A DNA stretch of 63,844 nt, filler included, from Chiloscyllium plagiosum (GCF_004010195.1; 4 parts of one record of this genome joined end to end with filler, not necessarily neighbours in it), one strand, 5' to 3'; positions 36,227-49,966 are shown, counted from the first letter of the whole stretch. Notes: generated by a model not told the origin, from the sequence alone. Numbers and translations are program-made.

Positions 36227-37919
36227 CACACACTTCCCCTAAATATTGCCTGAATGTGTGACAAGAGTAGATTCAATCATGGAATGGAAGTTAGAAAAAC
36301 ATGGAGACAAAATTTATAAAGCTAATGTAGGGAAAGAGGGAGAGAAGGAAAACAAGAGGTTAGAGGGTTTAGCTGGAATTCACAAGAGCATAACCGGTCC
36401 AATGTCGCCCTTTCATGTTGCAACTATTCTATGAATCTAGATGATATAATCAAAGTTTTCTGTTAGTTTGTGTGGCATTAACTGAAGTCACTATTTTGGA
36501 GATTATGCTGAACTGAAGGCTAATGTTGAGGTCAGATTGCTTGTGGGCATCATTATATTAGCATGGATGAATGTACAAATCAAGCACAAATCTAGATGAA
36601 TATTCAGCACTTCAAGCTAGGACACAGCTGGGAGCTACTAAAATATATACATTATTGGAATGTACAGCAATGAGAGCGCATTTCATTTGTTGTAGGTTCT
36701 TCTAGTAGGAGCTAAAATTGGAAATCCAATGCAAGATTTGCTAATGATTATTTTCATTTTAATCCACTGTCAGGTTTCCAAGCATGCATGCTTTAAGATG
36801 CATTGTATAAGTGGTAGAAAGTATAGAGCTTTCATTTTAAAAAAATAAGCTTGAATTCACAGGTGCCAAATCACATTTGAACAGCCGAACACCAATTGGC
36901 ATGTTTCTTTGATGGCATACCTGGAGGTGTAGGGGCAGATTTGGATGGAATAAAATGGTGGTTGGTTTAGATTCTATCATCTCTCAAATTACCAATAGCT
37001 AGCTAAATGAAGAAAGCTACATACATGAAAAAGAAAGATTAGTTCAAGGTATTAAAATAAAACAGCTCTACTGGAACCTAAAGATAATGACAGGAAAACA
37101 GCCAAAGCTTTGAGCAACACATGGGTATTGGATATAGTTTGATTTATTATAACTTCTCATTGGCATTATGTAATTCACTGTAAACACATCCACAGGTAGG
37201 CAGCTGCTGTTAATTCTGGAGAAATGGATAGTAAAAAACTAAAAAGCTGGAGCAGTATGCAAGTTACCAACAAAAACTATAAATAATGGTGCACTGAATT
37301 AATGACAACGTTTTAAATTTGTGGCCACCTTAATCAACACTGACATTTATATTTCCAACATTTAACTTGATTTTGCTTCTCCAAAACCAAGTAATCTGGA
37401 AGGCACATGGTGCACTGAGTTTTATTCCAAGGAGACTGAACATAAAGGAAGAGAACAAAACTAACAGCTACTGGAAACAAAGTGAACATCTCAACAGATC
37501 TGGCAACATCAGTGGAAAGAAAAACTGAAGTTTTTATTGTGAAGAAGTGAATGGGTGGGGTCCAGGTAGTCTGCCCAGGGCATTCAATTCCACATCTCCG
37601 GTCAATCTCCTGCCCAAGCCTCACCCTGCATAGGCACAGCTCTCCTCCACCGGTGATGCACCACGACTGTCTTTGGGTTGGCTGCGAAGCCCAGTGGTTT
37701 TGGAAGGTGGCAGACTGCTCCACACGGTGAAGATTATAGTGCCCTGACAGCAGCCTTCGCCATATCCCCAAAATCAAGGGGTCTACGGACAGAGCGAGGC
37801 TGATGGTGGCCCACACTCATCAGGATGGCGTCTTCTCAGAGTCAGGCTGCTTGTAAATGCAGCCCAAAGTGGGCGGTAAACTAAGGCACAAGACAGAGTC
37901 AACAAGTACCTCTCAGCCC

Positions 37920-38037
37920 CATTCATCACTCTCTCTACATGCCCGATGAAGGGCTTATGCCCGAAACATCAACTCTCCTGGTCCTCAGATGCTGCCTGAC
38001 CACTGTGCTTTTCCAGCGCCACACTTTGACACTGATC
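37920..38037 (+). mobile_element. Penelope pLTR mini-insertion (degenerate hammerhead)
   Basis: cccgatgaagggcttatgcccgaaacatcaactctcctg..ttttccagcgccacac. Confidence 0.7.
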
Positions 38038-38404
38038 TTTCTCCTAGTCAACAAATACCAGAAGGAAAAGTCAAAAGAATTTTGAACAAAGTTGAAGAGG
38101 GTGTGAAATCATTGAACAAAATTGTTCAGAAAAAAATAGTAGTAATGTTTTGCTTCAAGTGTCTTGTGCATTGGTGAGACCACACCTATGAGCGCTGAGA
38201 CTCAGGGGTGGGGGAGGATTTGCGGGGATGGTGAGATAATGTCTACAACCAGGAGCAAGATTTAACAATAAGCAGTTTCCCATTTAAAAGTTTCTTCTCT
38301 CAGAAAATCATTTGTTCGAAGAATTCTTCTGCAAAGAGCCAAATACTTTGAATGTATTCAATGACAAGTCACAGCAGAGGAAAGTGGGAGGTAAGGCCTC
38401 ACAA

Positions 38405-39150
38405 TCAGATCATAGGAACAGGAAAAGGCCATTCAGCCTTCCATGCCTGTTCTGCCATTGAATGAGATCATGGCTAATCGGTGGCTCAGCTTCATGTACT
38501 GCTCTCTTAATGCCTCGGATACATTTTTGTTAAGCAATCTCAGATTTAAAACTAAAAACTGATCTAGAATTAACTGACATTTCTAGAAGAGAGTACCAAA
38601 CCTCTACCACCTTGTGTGTGCAGATGTGCTTCCTTACATCTCTCCTGGATGGTATGGCCCCAAGGTCTAAAATCTCCAATCAGTGGAAATAGTTTATCGT
38701 TATCCGCCTAGTCTTTTCTTGTCAAAATCTTGACAACTTAATCACTTCACTCCTTAACCTTCTAAACTCGAGAAAACAGGCCTAATTTATTTAATTTCTC
38801 CTTATAATCTAACTCCTTAAGTCCATGTATCATTCTTGTAAAACTACATTGTACTCCCTCTAAGGCCAATATATCCTTCCTGAGGTATGGTGCCCAGATC
38901 TGCTCTCAGTATTCCATGTCGAGTCAAACTTGGATTTTGTATAACAGCAGCGTAACTTCTATATCCTTGTACTCCAGTCCAATAGATATAAGGGCCAGCA
39001 TCCCATTAGCTTTTCTGATTGCTTTGCACCTGGTTGCAGCATTTTAAAGACCTATCCACCTCAACCCATAAGTCTCTCTGAACATCCACTATATTTAAAA
39101 TTACCATTTAGAAAGTACCTGGATCTAGCATTTTTATGTTCAGCTACGAC
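38405..39150 (-). mobile_element. CR1 3' portion nested in the 3'UTR of an older + strand CR1
   Basis: Tail cataggaacaggaaaaggccattcagcc; the host tail resumes at about 39145-39210. Confidence 0.75.
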
Positions 39151-39614
39151 CTTACTGAATGGCAGCACATGCTCAAAAGGCTAAATTGGCCTACTCCTAT
39201 TCTTATTAGACAGGGACAGAACTTGCGGAACCAAATAGCACACAGTCACATGATACTACCTGGAGTAACACGATAAGAAACAGAATTCAGCCTAAAAGAG
39301 AGCTTTCAGGCAGGATGGGTGCGTTCCAGAGTTAAGTGAGCACAGCCCACAAGAACAGAGATAATCACTGTGGTAAGTCAAAAACAGGAAAGAAAAACTA
39401 TATTTGTCTTCTACTGTTCCAAATGGGATAGCTGGTGCACTAGCTCTGGAATGGGGATCTGAACCATTACTTTTCAGTAACAGGCAGTGTCAGGAGATTC
39501 TCTGGCTGTTGACTGGTTTCTGCCAAGGCAGTGCGTCTCAGGCGAACAGCACAACATGATTTTCTCTTCTCAAATCCTTTCTGTACTTGACTCCTCAAAA
39601 CTTTAGGTCTCACT

Positions 39615-40455
39615 AACCATGACTCCTCAGGTATTGAAGCAGTCCATACACAAATGCAGCTTGATCTGGACAATATCCAGGTCTGGGTTGAAAAGTGACA
39701 AGTAACATTCATTCCACACAAGTGCCAGGTAACAACCATTTCCAACAATTCCGAAACCGCTGTCCCTGGGCATTCAAAGCCATCTTCATCACTGAATGCC
39801 ACACCAATATCATCTTGACCAGAAACTGAGCTGGATCAGCCATATAAATAGTGGTCACAAAATCAGGAATCAGAAGTGAGGAATCCTACAACTCGTGCCC
39901 TAAATCTCCAATGCCTGTCCACTATCTACAAGGCACATGTCAGGATATTCCTAATTGCCTAATGAATGCAGCTCCAACACAAGGTGCTTAAATATTATCC
40001 AGGACAAAGCAGCCCACTTGATTGGCACCATATCCACAGAAATTCACTCCCTCCACAATCCAGACATTGATCAGCAACAGTGTGTGCCACAAGATGCAGG
40101 AATTCATCAATAGTCCTCAAACCTACAGGGGATAAGGGCAAGAGATAAATGGGTACACCGCCACCACTTGCAAACTCCCCACCAAGCCACTCACCATCCT
40201 GACTTGGAAATGTCATCTTCCTTCACTGTCAAATTCCTGGGTCTACCCACACCAATGGACCACAGTGACTCAAGAAGGCAACCCACTGTCTTCAAGGGCA
40301 ACGAGTGATGGGCAATAGTAGTTGGGCCAGCCAGCATTCCTAATGAAGAGCTTATGTTCAAAACATCAACTCTCCTGTTCCCGATCGGCTGTGCTTTTCC
40401 AGCGCCACACTTTTTGACTCAGCCAGCAATATCCCCATCCCATGAATAAATAAGG
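39615..40455 (+). mobile_element. CR1/L2-supergroup LINE 3' portion with a pLTR mini-insertion (40337-40419, TSD cagccagca)
   Basis: MQLDLDNIQVWVEK*QVTFIPHKCQ..LSTIYKAHVR..IIQDKAAHLIG; tail ..cccatcccatgaataaataa. Confidence 0.75.
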
Positions 40456-40544
40456 TACTGCGTTCACCTACAAGTCCAATGGTAACCGTTCGCTAAGACA
40501 AAACAGAACTGGTGTCAAATAAAATTTTAAATGGGAGATCCTTA

Positions 40545-40785
40545 CTGCCCTTTAGATCCTATGACACTATTTTGAAGACAAAAGGTAGCTAACATGGCCA
40601 TGTTACTGCACAACTCAAAAGCAGCAAAAAGGTTATCAGGTCTTTATCAAAGTGCTTTTGTGAGAGCCCTGTTGTCCATGTTGCTTCCTACATTAATGCA
40701 GAGACAACTTCAGAAGGATTTCATTAGCTGTAAGGCACTTTGGGATGCTGGGACAAATGCTACAGAAATGCTTACCTTTATATAG
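40545..40785 (+). mobile_element. Deu-domain SINE 3' half
   Basis: agatcctatgacactattttgaaga..ttcctacatta..ttcattagctgtaaggcactttggga. Confidence 0.6.
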
Positions 40786-42924
40786 TGTCATATAGTGCAC
40801 GAATCAGAAACTAGGAAGTTTGCAAATTTCTTTAACTGGAGGATAATGACAGCTTTCCAAGGAAGCACGACAGTACTAGAGATAGAGAACCATTTGCAAT
40901 GTCAGCTAGCAAATGGACTGAAAGTCATATCTTTTTGAGAGCCTGTTTCTATGACTTTCATCATGGTTTCTGTTTTTTATGATTATTGCCATTGTTACCA
41001 GAGACTGCACTGTCACGTATTACTTGCTTAATGCTGAAGGGATGTGGGGTCCCTTGACTCAATCAGCTTCGGAAACACTAGTCCCAGTTTCCTGAAGAAA
41101 CCTTGCCACCAAATCATGGCAACTGGTCAATGTTGATTGGTGCTCATTTGGGTACATAATGAATACAGGAAGTGTACAGCTTAGAAAAGGCAGTGAAGTG
41201 AATGCAAAAACCTCCAAACAATAATCTGACTGACCAGCCAAGTAATCCATGGCCCATGTGGCAGGATCTGGAGATTACACATACTGAATCTATCAGCCGT
41301 TTCAGAATCCATCAACATTTTAGAAACCCCCAATGAAAACTGACCCGCCGAACAGAACCTTGTCAAAAGAAACTGAACTCCAGCTTTAAATATTCATTGC
41401 TATGGGAAGCCAGGATTCAATAAGAGTTAAATAACTTAAGGCCATGATTTTCACAAACACAAGCACAAAATTAAAAGAGAGCATGAGAACCTTAATCTTT
41501 AGAGACTTTCTGATTTGTAGTGGTCATCAGCTCCGAACCCCTTCTGAGTAGGTTGAACAGTGAAAAACACCAAAAACATTGTAATTTCTTTTGTCCACAG
41601 AAGGGGTGTGACATGCATTTTTCAAATAATCCATAAAGTGGCCTGTCATAAAATGTGAAATCATGGATACAGCTCCAGTCAAAACAGCATTCAGCAGGTT
41701 CTTTAATAGAACATAACTTATTCAGTCTTTCAGTGAAGTGCTCAGAGGCACTTGGCTGCACAATAAATCTGTACAAGAACGAAGTCCATTCTTCTATGGA
41801 GAACTTTGCATTCCATGGAATAATATGCAAACCACAAGCTCATTCTATTGTCCCAGATGATACCACCATTTAAAAGGAGCACTTCACATCTGAGCAGCTG
41901 GACAAAGCAGTTTACAGATTATTTGTCTGTCGCACAGTGGCAGTGTGTAGGGAACCAGAATTGAACAAAAAACAAGTTACATTCAATCAAAACTGAATCA
42001 CACAGACCACATGCACTTCAATGCAATAGTCATGGAGATAAAAATGAGCACAGAAAGTTCATGTAAGATTACTTTATGCTTTAATGTTTGGCAGATCACT
42101 TTTAAATAGTAACTTTCTCTTCCTTTCCCCAGAGCAAGAAAAATAGTACTCAGCACTGCTAGTCACAAATGCAGGTCAAAATAGAGCAGGTTGCATAGAG
42201 CAGGGGTTCAACTCCCCTGAACTCTGAAATATTAAACTGCAACTCATTTACTTTATACAAGGTACCAGACCATATCAATAAAAAAAAATCTCATTGTAAC
42301 ATTCATTTGGCAAATACCTCCATGCATTCTTACTCCTTCAAAATACTTGTGTAAAGAAAGAGAGTGTACAGCATTACAAATGATACCTTTGATTTCACAA
42401 CTGCAAAACAACTTTCAGGGCTGTGAAATGGAAATTACTTTGCAATATTGCGGCATAATCAAAATTCCACTTTCTCCAGCTGACCACCCCCCACCATTTT
42501 AAAAAACAGATACAGATTTTAAAAAGCAACAGGAGTGTGTTTTTGGAATTCAAGGACTCCAACTTCTAATTACTAATCCAAACCGACTTGTTAGCAGTCA
42601 AAGGCAGCTGCCCATTGTCTCCCATACTGTAGAGGGGGAAAATATCTCCCAATCTTTGGAGTTCAAATAATAAACACTAATGAGAAACGCAGACAATCCA
42701 AGCATTGATTAGCAGATTTGAAGTGTAATGGGATCTTTTGTTTGCTGGAATGGCAGCAGTCCGACATTAAGCAATTATTTGGCTGTTGGCCACTTGTTTT
42801 TAAACCGATGACTTAAAATGTCATCACACTTCCACATGTCTCTTCCAATTCATGAATAAACTCTCCATGTGTCTTGACTGACACTAACTTCAGTGATTCC
42901 TCAGGAACAAGTCATTAATGTGAA

Positions 42925-45530
42925 CACTGATTCTGAAATTAAAACAGAAAATGCTGGAAACAGTTTCTATGGACAGAGAAACAAAAGTTGGCGTTTCTCC
43001 AGGGAAGAAGGGGGATAGAAATATAATCATTTGGTGGAAGGGCATAAAAAGATGAAGTAGTGGATGGTAAAAGATTTCATGGTACAAAAGACAGAGGGAG
43101 TAATGATTGTTATACTGAAGAAAAATAAAGATTTGCTCAATGTAGGCATGGTTGGCAGAATAATGAGCAACTGTATCCAAAAACACAACAATTTGGGGGC
43201 TGAGGGAGAAGGTTTTGCCATCCAGACTTGGTGAATACAAATATGAAGCACAGGGAGAGCTGTAAAGTGCTCAAAGATGTTGCATGGTTCCTTGAGTCAT
43301 CCTTTGATGGCTTTTTCCTTGAGCAATTGTAATCACTGCTCCAATTTCACCGTAACAGTGCAGCAGGCTAAGGATAGAAGTGTCAGAGAGAGTAAGGTGA
43401 AGAACGTAAATTACAAGCTCCTGGGAGCTCAAGATCATACTGCTCAGTAGTCACTCAATCTGCATTCAGTCTCATCAATATACTTGAGACTGCACTGTGA
43501 GCAATTAATACACTATACTAATTTAAAAACAGTCATAAACCACCACACCCGTAAGGAATTGTGTAGGGGGCCTTGGAAGGAGGATGGGAAGGTGAGGGAG
43601 GAGGTAAAAGAGCAGCTGTTTCATCTGCTATATTTCAATGGGAAAGTACGGTGGGTGGGTGAGCTTGCCTCGGCCATTCAGCCCTTTGTGCCAAGTTCAC
43701 CATTGATGATGATTACGGCTATTCTGACTGTAGTCTCAGTTCCAGCTTCTTGTCAACTCCTGTAACCCTCAACTTTCACATCCCAAAGACACAAAAATTT
43801 ACTTCACCACCTTAAAAGGTCATTTAAAAAATATGTCCCCTAGTTCTAGTCCCCACCCCACCTTTACAAGCAGCAATTAGTTGGTATCCATCTAAGTCCC
43901 TCAGAAACTTGTCTGATTCAATAAAGTCATCCTTTAGTAAGGGAAGGAAACAAAAACATAACTTTAGGCCAATTAGCTTAACATCCCTCTTGGGAAAATG
44001 TTAGAGGTTCTATTAAAAAGGACGCAACATCAGTGTTTAGAAAGACAATTTCATAAAATACATAACACAAATAGTAGACAAATTGATTGTAATTTTCCAA
44101 AAATCCCTGGATTCTGAAGAAATACCAGAGGATTGGAAAACTGCAAATGTGACACCCCTATTCAAAAAGGGACGTAAAAAGGTCGATTAGTAATACAGGT
44201 AATCCTTTACCCAAAATGCTCGGGATCGGTTTTCGGAATTGCACATTTTTCAAATTTTCGAATAGGAGACAATTCTAACAGAGAAGTTTCAAAAAGATTT
44301 ACTGAACAGCAGATACACAGAGTAATGGGCCGAGACAAAATGGAGGTCTGTTATTGCTGGGTGCACCCAGACCCCCCCATGTCGCATCTAAATGACGCAC
44401 ACCAAGTGGGTATGGAGTTGGGTTGACTGCTTGCACGCCAAACGACCTGGTTCATGAGATACAAACTTCACAAAAAACCTTCAGATTTTGAGCTTTTTGG
44501 ATTTTGGATAAAGGGTTGCCTACCTGAACAAGGCAGTGAAACTACATCTGGAGTACAGTGAACAGTTTGGTCCCCTTAAGGGAAGATATTATTTCATTGG
44601 AGACAGTTCAGAGAGGACTGTATTATTGACAAATGCTACATAGGCTGGGACTCCACTCACTGGAATTTTGAAGAGTGAATTATGATCTCTTTAAAAGATG
44701 TAGGATTCTTAAGGGGATTGACAAGGTAAATGCTGAGAGGATGCTCCCCCCATGAGGGAGTCTAAGACCAGAGAGCATCATCTCAGAATAAAGAGAAGCC
44801 AATTTAAGACTGACATGAGGAGGAATTTCTTGAGTGTTGAGTGTCATTGAGACTTGTTGCCACAGAGAGCTGTGGGGGCTCAGTCCTTGTGTATTTGAGG
44901 CTAAGATAGATAGATTCTGATCAGTAAGGGAATCAATAGTTATGAGGAAAGGGCAAGAAAGTGGACATGAGTGTCAAATCAGCTGTGAACCTATTGACTG
45001 GTGAAGCAGGTTTGAGGGCCTGAATGGCCTACTCCTGTTCTTATTTCATGTGGTCTTATGAAGAGGAGTGTTTGCTGATGGTATCATACCAAAGTGATGA
45101 GAGTGGTGAAGGATGATAAGTTGAATACAGATTATGATAGGGTACTAGGGGAACAATGCTGCAATCCTGGGAGAGAGCTGAAGGGGTGACAGCAGAAATA
45201 CAAGAAGTGGGTCAGCACTATTGAAGGGCCTATGAACCAAAGTGATGAGGGTAATCTGCAGATGTAGAAGAAGGGAGACATCTTAGATGAGCTGACGTAG
45301 AAAGTTTCATTGTCAGAACAAATATACCGATGACGGAGAAACTGTACAGTGTGAAGTGCAGTAGAGGAAGCCATAAAAATAAATGGGTTTACAATGAACA
45401 TTAGATAATAGCCTGCTACATGAAGATGGTATTGGAGAAGTCAAGGAAGGGAAGGGAAGGGTCAGATACAAATAATGTAAAAAAGGTAGAGATGGCTGGA
45501 AATTGGAACCAAGTTAATGAAGGTTTAGCT
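42925..45530 (-). mobile_element. Old Penelope-like remnant interrupted by CR1 fragments (about 43660-45060) and a MITE
   Basis: Minus strand near 43450-43530 reads KLV*CINCSQCSLKYIDETECRLSD (GIY-YIG like); nested CR1 motifs EDWKTANVTPLFKKG and HLEYSEQF. Confidence 0.55.
44196..44526. mobile_element. Tigger-type MITE
   Basis: Ends TA|caggtaatcctttacccaaaat .. attttggataaagggttgcctacctg; imperfect TIRs with repeated subterminal ttttgga/ttttcgga motifs. Confidence 0.7.
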
Positions 45531-47879
45531 CCAGACATGGACTAAATAAATCTGACACTGTTTTATATTGCTCATCAGACCATTCACTGGGTTCCAATGT
45601 CCCACACCGAGAAAGTTGGCACCTTTCTACTGAACATCTCTTGAGCGAACTAGCAAACAACCATTTTCAAGTTAATTATAAAATCTGCAATAGATTCTCC
45701 CCAGCATATTTCAATAATGAAGGCTTGCATATCTAATTAATGGTCCGATCCACTTCAAGGCTATTATTTTCCAAAACATCAAAAAAGAACTGAGGATGCT
45801 GGAGATCTGAAACCAACATCAGAAATAGCTGGAGAAACTCAGCAGGTCTGGCAGCATCTGTGGAAAGAAAACAGTTAATGTTTTGAGTCCAGTGATCCTT
45901 CATCAGCTCTGAATTGGAATGTAAAAAACTGTTTTCTCACCACAGATGCTGCTACATCAGAGTTTCTTCAGCAAATTGTTTTTGTTTGGTTCATACCATC
46001 TTCAAATTTTATTGTTTAATAGGCATCCAGTTAATATGGTATAAAGCAATAGTGCAACGATTACCAGAATTCAATACCATACTTTTCATAGTAAATAAGA
46101 AGACATATTTGAATAACAAGCCTAGAGTTTATAGCATCAGTTTCTTTTGCTACGTGAATACACTAATATTTACTGGGTGTCGCAATAAGCAATTCACACC
46201 TCAAGAATCACAAATGAAACAAGTTTGCAATCAAACTATCAATCTAAGCCATCTGATTTTGCAATTTTAAACAAAAATCAATATTTTCATATGATCACAA
46301 ATTAGATACAGATGAGGTACTTGAATAGAAGTGATAATGCTACTGAATTTGACATGTAATTAAAAGTGCTACTTTTAAATCAGATATGTTCCATGGTCAC
46401 ATTCCAGCACCAGGTGTCAAGGTGTACCGTGTCATTTGCTGACTGTACAAAAACAGCAGCCTTTTTCATGCCTTAGTACCATCCATTCTTCACGGAATTG
46501 TGAGCATGCAAACACCATATGGACTGCAACAAACAAAATGCTGGAAAAATTCTGTGGATCTGGCAGCATCTGTGGGGAGTGAAACGGAGATAACCTGGAC
46601 TCCGGTGGGACTAGTCTCCAGAACCACCTTGTCATTGTTCTACTCTTCTCTCCAAACAGATCTGTTTAAACCTTTCAACTTCATTACTTCCTTTATCCCT
46701 CCTAGTGTTTGATAAAATATTTGCCAAAAAACTTACTTTCACTGCCACTTGTTCTTCATAACTGTCTCCGGCTGTGCCTTACTCTGCACGATTCCACCTG
46801 AAGTTTCATCCTTCATGTTTCAAAAGAAGCAACGTGCAAGAGATATCTCTATCACTTCTCTGCTACATGGAGTGCAATGACTTACACTAGCGGCTCACTA
46901 ACACCATCTGAAGAATAGGTAATGAACGCTGACCTTGCCAGCGATGTTCTCTCATGAATGAGCAAGTTGTAAATACAGGTCACCACCTTCACCACTCCAT
47001 TTTGCAGCAAAGCAATTTCAAACTCTTATGTCTGTGCGTCATTGAAATCCTAACAATTCCCACTCGTCATGGTCACCCAAGACATTAACCTCTTTGCTAC
47101 AAAAAGAAATAGATTAGGAATTTCAGGAACAAGCAATGCCTCACAGCATACACGTTGCAATCATGGATGACCATCGATGCAGTAGTAGGCCATTCAGCCC
47201 AGTAAGTCAGCTCTACCAGTCACTGCTGACCTGATAATCAGAATCTCCATTTTCCTGTCTTTTTGCTATAACATTTGCTTCCCTTACTGACTAGAAAATC
47301 TGCTTCAGTCTAGAGCATACTTTATGACTCAGCCTGGAGAACTCTGTGGTAACGAATTCCATAGTTTCTACAGCAGCTTCCTGCAGTCTTTGGTGGCAGG
47401 GTGGGATATTCCTAACTGACCCAGGATATTGTAGGATAGCTGCAGGTGGGTATAAACTGGAGTGGTTTTGGAGAAGTTGTAACAGTGTCAGTTAATTTTA
47501 ATGTTTGTGAGAAAAAAAAAAGGCATTTTGCCATAGCTTTCATCAGGGTAGTTTGTAAGAGACAACAAAATTAAGGGAAAACATTTATACTCTACGACAA
47601 GGGTGTACTGATTGGTTGACAAGCAGACTCTGATTGGTAAAAGCATTACCATGGAGAATGCACTAGTTAAAATGAAGACTGACAGTTATCCATCAAGCTT
47701 AAATTTTAAACAATGCGGCTTCACTGATTCATCAAGGCATTGTCCTGAAAAATTATGACTCAAAGAACAGCTATTAACTGTTTCTTCTCAGAAATACTCA
47801 CATTCTGTACTAACAATTGAAAGCAAGATTTTTCACTGTCTGAGAAGGAGCTAATAACCCTGGATAAAAACAATACTAA

Positions 47880-48212
47880 GTGCTGTGGTTCTGTTCGCTG
47901 AGCTGGAAGTTTTTGTTGCAAACGTTTCGTCCCCTGTCTAGGTGACATCATCAGTGCTTGGGAGCCTCCTGTGAAGCGCTTCTGTGGTGTCTCCTCCGAC
48001 ATTTATAGTGGCCTGTCCCTGCCGCTTCCGGTTGTCAGTTTCAGCTGTCCGCTTTAGTGGCCGGTATATTGGGTCCAGGTCAATGTGTTTGTTGATGGAG
48101 TTTGTGGATGAGTGCCACGCCTCTAGGAATTCCCTGGCTGTTCTTTGTTTCGCTTGCCCTATAATGGTAGTGTTGTCCCAGTCAAATTCATGTTGCTTGT
48201 CGTCTGCGTGTG
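47880..48212 (-). mobile_element. Penelope-like element 3' end/pLTR (third family) with intact hammerhead motif at 47918-47957
   Basis: GIY-YIG C-terminal AREFLEAWHS..SINKHIDLDPIY; GCA-CUGAUGA-U-GUCaCCU(AGAC)AGGgGAC-GAAA-CGUU^UGC. Confidence 0.85.
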
Positions 48213-48312
48213 NNNNNNNNNNNNNNNNNNNNNNNNNNNNNNNNNNNNNNNNNNNNTTAATTAATTAANNNNNNNNNNNNNNNNNNNNNNNNNNNNNNNN
48301 NNNNNNNNNNNN
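48213..48312. other. Artificial contig spacer
   Basis: 44 N + TTAATTAATTAA + 44 N. Confidence 0.95.
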
Positions 48313-49880
48313 AACTGTTCCTGCAACTTCTGCATTATACACAGAAATATCCGCCATTGTTCCTCCACTGTCATCCCTGCTAAGGTATTGCACCATTGAA
48401 CTTTGGCCAGCTCCTCCCTCATAGCTCCATAGTTCCCTTTATTCAACAGAAGTACTGTCACTTCTGACTGTACCCTCTCCCTCTCAAATTGCAGATTGAA
48501 GCTTAATGTATTATGGTCACTACTTCCCAATGGCTCCTTCACTTCGAGGTCTCTGATCAGTTCTGGTTCGTTACACAATACCAGATCCAGAATTGCCTTC
48601 TCCCTGGTCGGCTCCAGCTGCTCTCAGAATCCATCTCTGAGGCACTCCACAAAGTCTCTTTCTTGAGATCCAATACCATCCTGATTCTCCCAGTCTACCT
48701 GCATGTTAAAATCCCCCTTAACAACTGTAGTAACATCTTTACGACAGCCCAATTTCAGCTCCTGATTCAACTTACATCTGACATCCAGACTACTGTTTGG
48801 GGGCCTGTAGATGACTCCCAAGAGGGTCTTTTTACCCTTAGTATTTCGCAGCTCTATCCACACTGACTCTACATCCCCTGACTCTAGGTCCCCCCGCGCA
48901 AGGAACTGAATATCCTCCCTTACCAACAAGGCCACCCCACCCCCTATGCCCATCAGTCTGTCCTTACGATAGCATGTGTAGCCTTGAATATTCATTTCCC
49001 AGGCCCTGTCCACTTGAAGCCATGTCTCAGTTATCCCCACAATATCGTATCTGCCAATTTCCAAAAGAGCCTCAAGCTCATCCATCTTATGTCTAATGCT
49101 TCGTGCATTCATGAATAGTATTTTTAATTTGTTACTGCCCTCACCCTTCCCATCAACTCCTATTTCACTCAACCTTACAGCATCATCCCTTTCCGAGTTT
49201 CTGCCTCATTGATACAGTTGTCTTTCTTGAATTCTCTTGTTATAACTTTCCCTTCAATTTCCTTTTTAAACATCCAGTATGTCCCCTCCCCCCGCTACTT
49301 AGTTTAAATGTAGTGGTGCTGTAGTAGAAAACCTGGCTGCCAGAATGCTGGTCCCTAACCTATTAAGGTGCAAACCGTCTCTCTTGTAGAATTTATGCTT
49401 ACCACAAAATATACCCCAGTGATCCAAGAACTTAAAACCTTGCTTCCTGCACCAGTTCCCCAGCCACACGTTCAAGTCCATTATCTCCCTGTTTCTGGCC
49501 ACACCAGCCCGAGGAAATGGAAGCAAACCGGAGATAGCCACCCTGGACGTCCTGCTTTTCAGCCTTCTTCCTAGTTCTCCGAAGTCCCGCTGTAGTATGT
49601 TCCTCCTCTTCTTCCCGACATCATTTGTGTCGACATGTACCACCACCTCTGGCTCTTCACCCTCGTCCTTGAGGATTTCCTGCACTCTGTCCGCGATGTC
49701 TTTCACCCTGGCACCAGGAAGGCAACACACCATCTTTAAATCCCGTCTGCTGCCACTAAAACCCCGGTCAGTTCCTCTCACGATGGAGTCCCCTATCACC
49801 ACAGCTCTGTGCGATGTCCGACTCTTCCGCTCTGCCTCTGCGCCAACATTTGATTGACAGACCTGGCCTCCCCAGACAGT
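48313..49880 (-). mobile_element. CR1 LINE: ORF1 SGNH esterase domain and ORF2 APE endonuclease start
   Basis: ORF 49299-49904 (IGDSIVRG, HVDTND, DGLHLN); ORF 48624-49172 (NARSI, GITETWL, GGGVA, YRPPN, GDFN) and SDHN. Confidence 0.92.
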
Positions 49881-49966
49881 GCTCCCAAGCACTGAGGATG
49901 TCACCTAGACAGGGGATGAAACGTCTGCAACACAAATTCCCAGCTCAGCGAACAGAACCACAACAT
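49881..49966 (+). ncRNA. Penelope pLTR fragment with hammerhead motif (49889-49928)
   Basis: GCA-CUGAGGA-U-GUCaCCU(AGAC)AGGgGAU-GAAA-CGUC^UGC; inverted homologue of 47880-47965. Confidence 0.75.
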
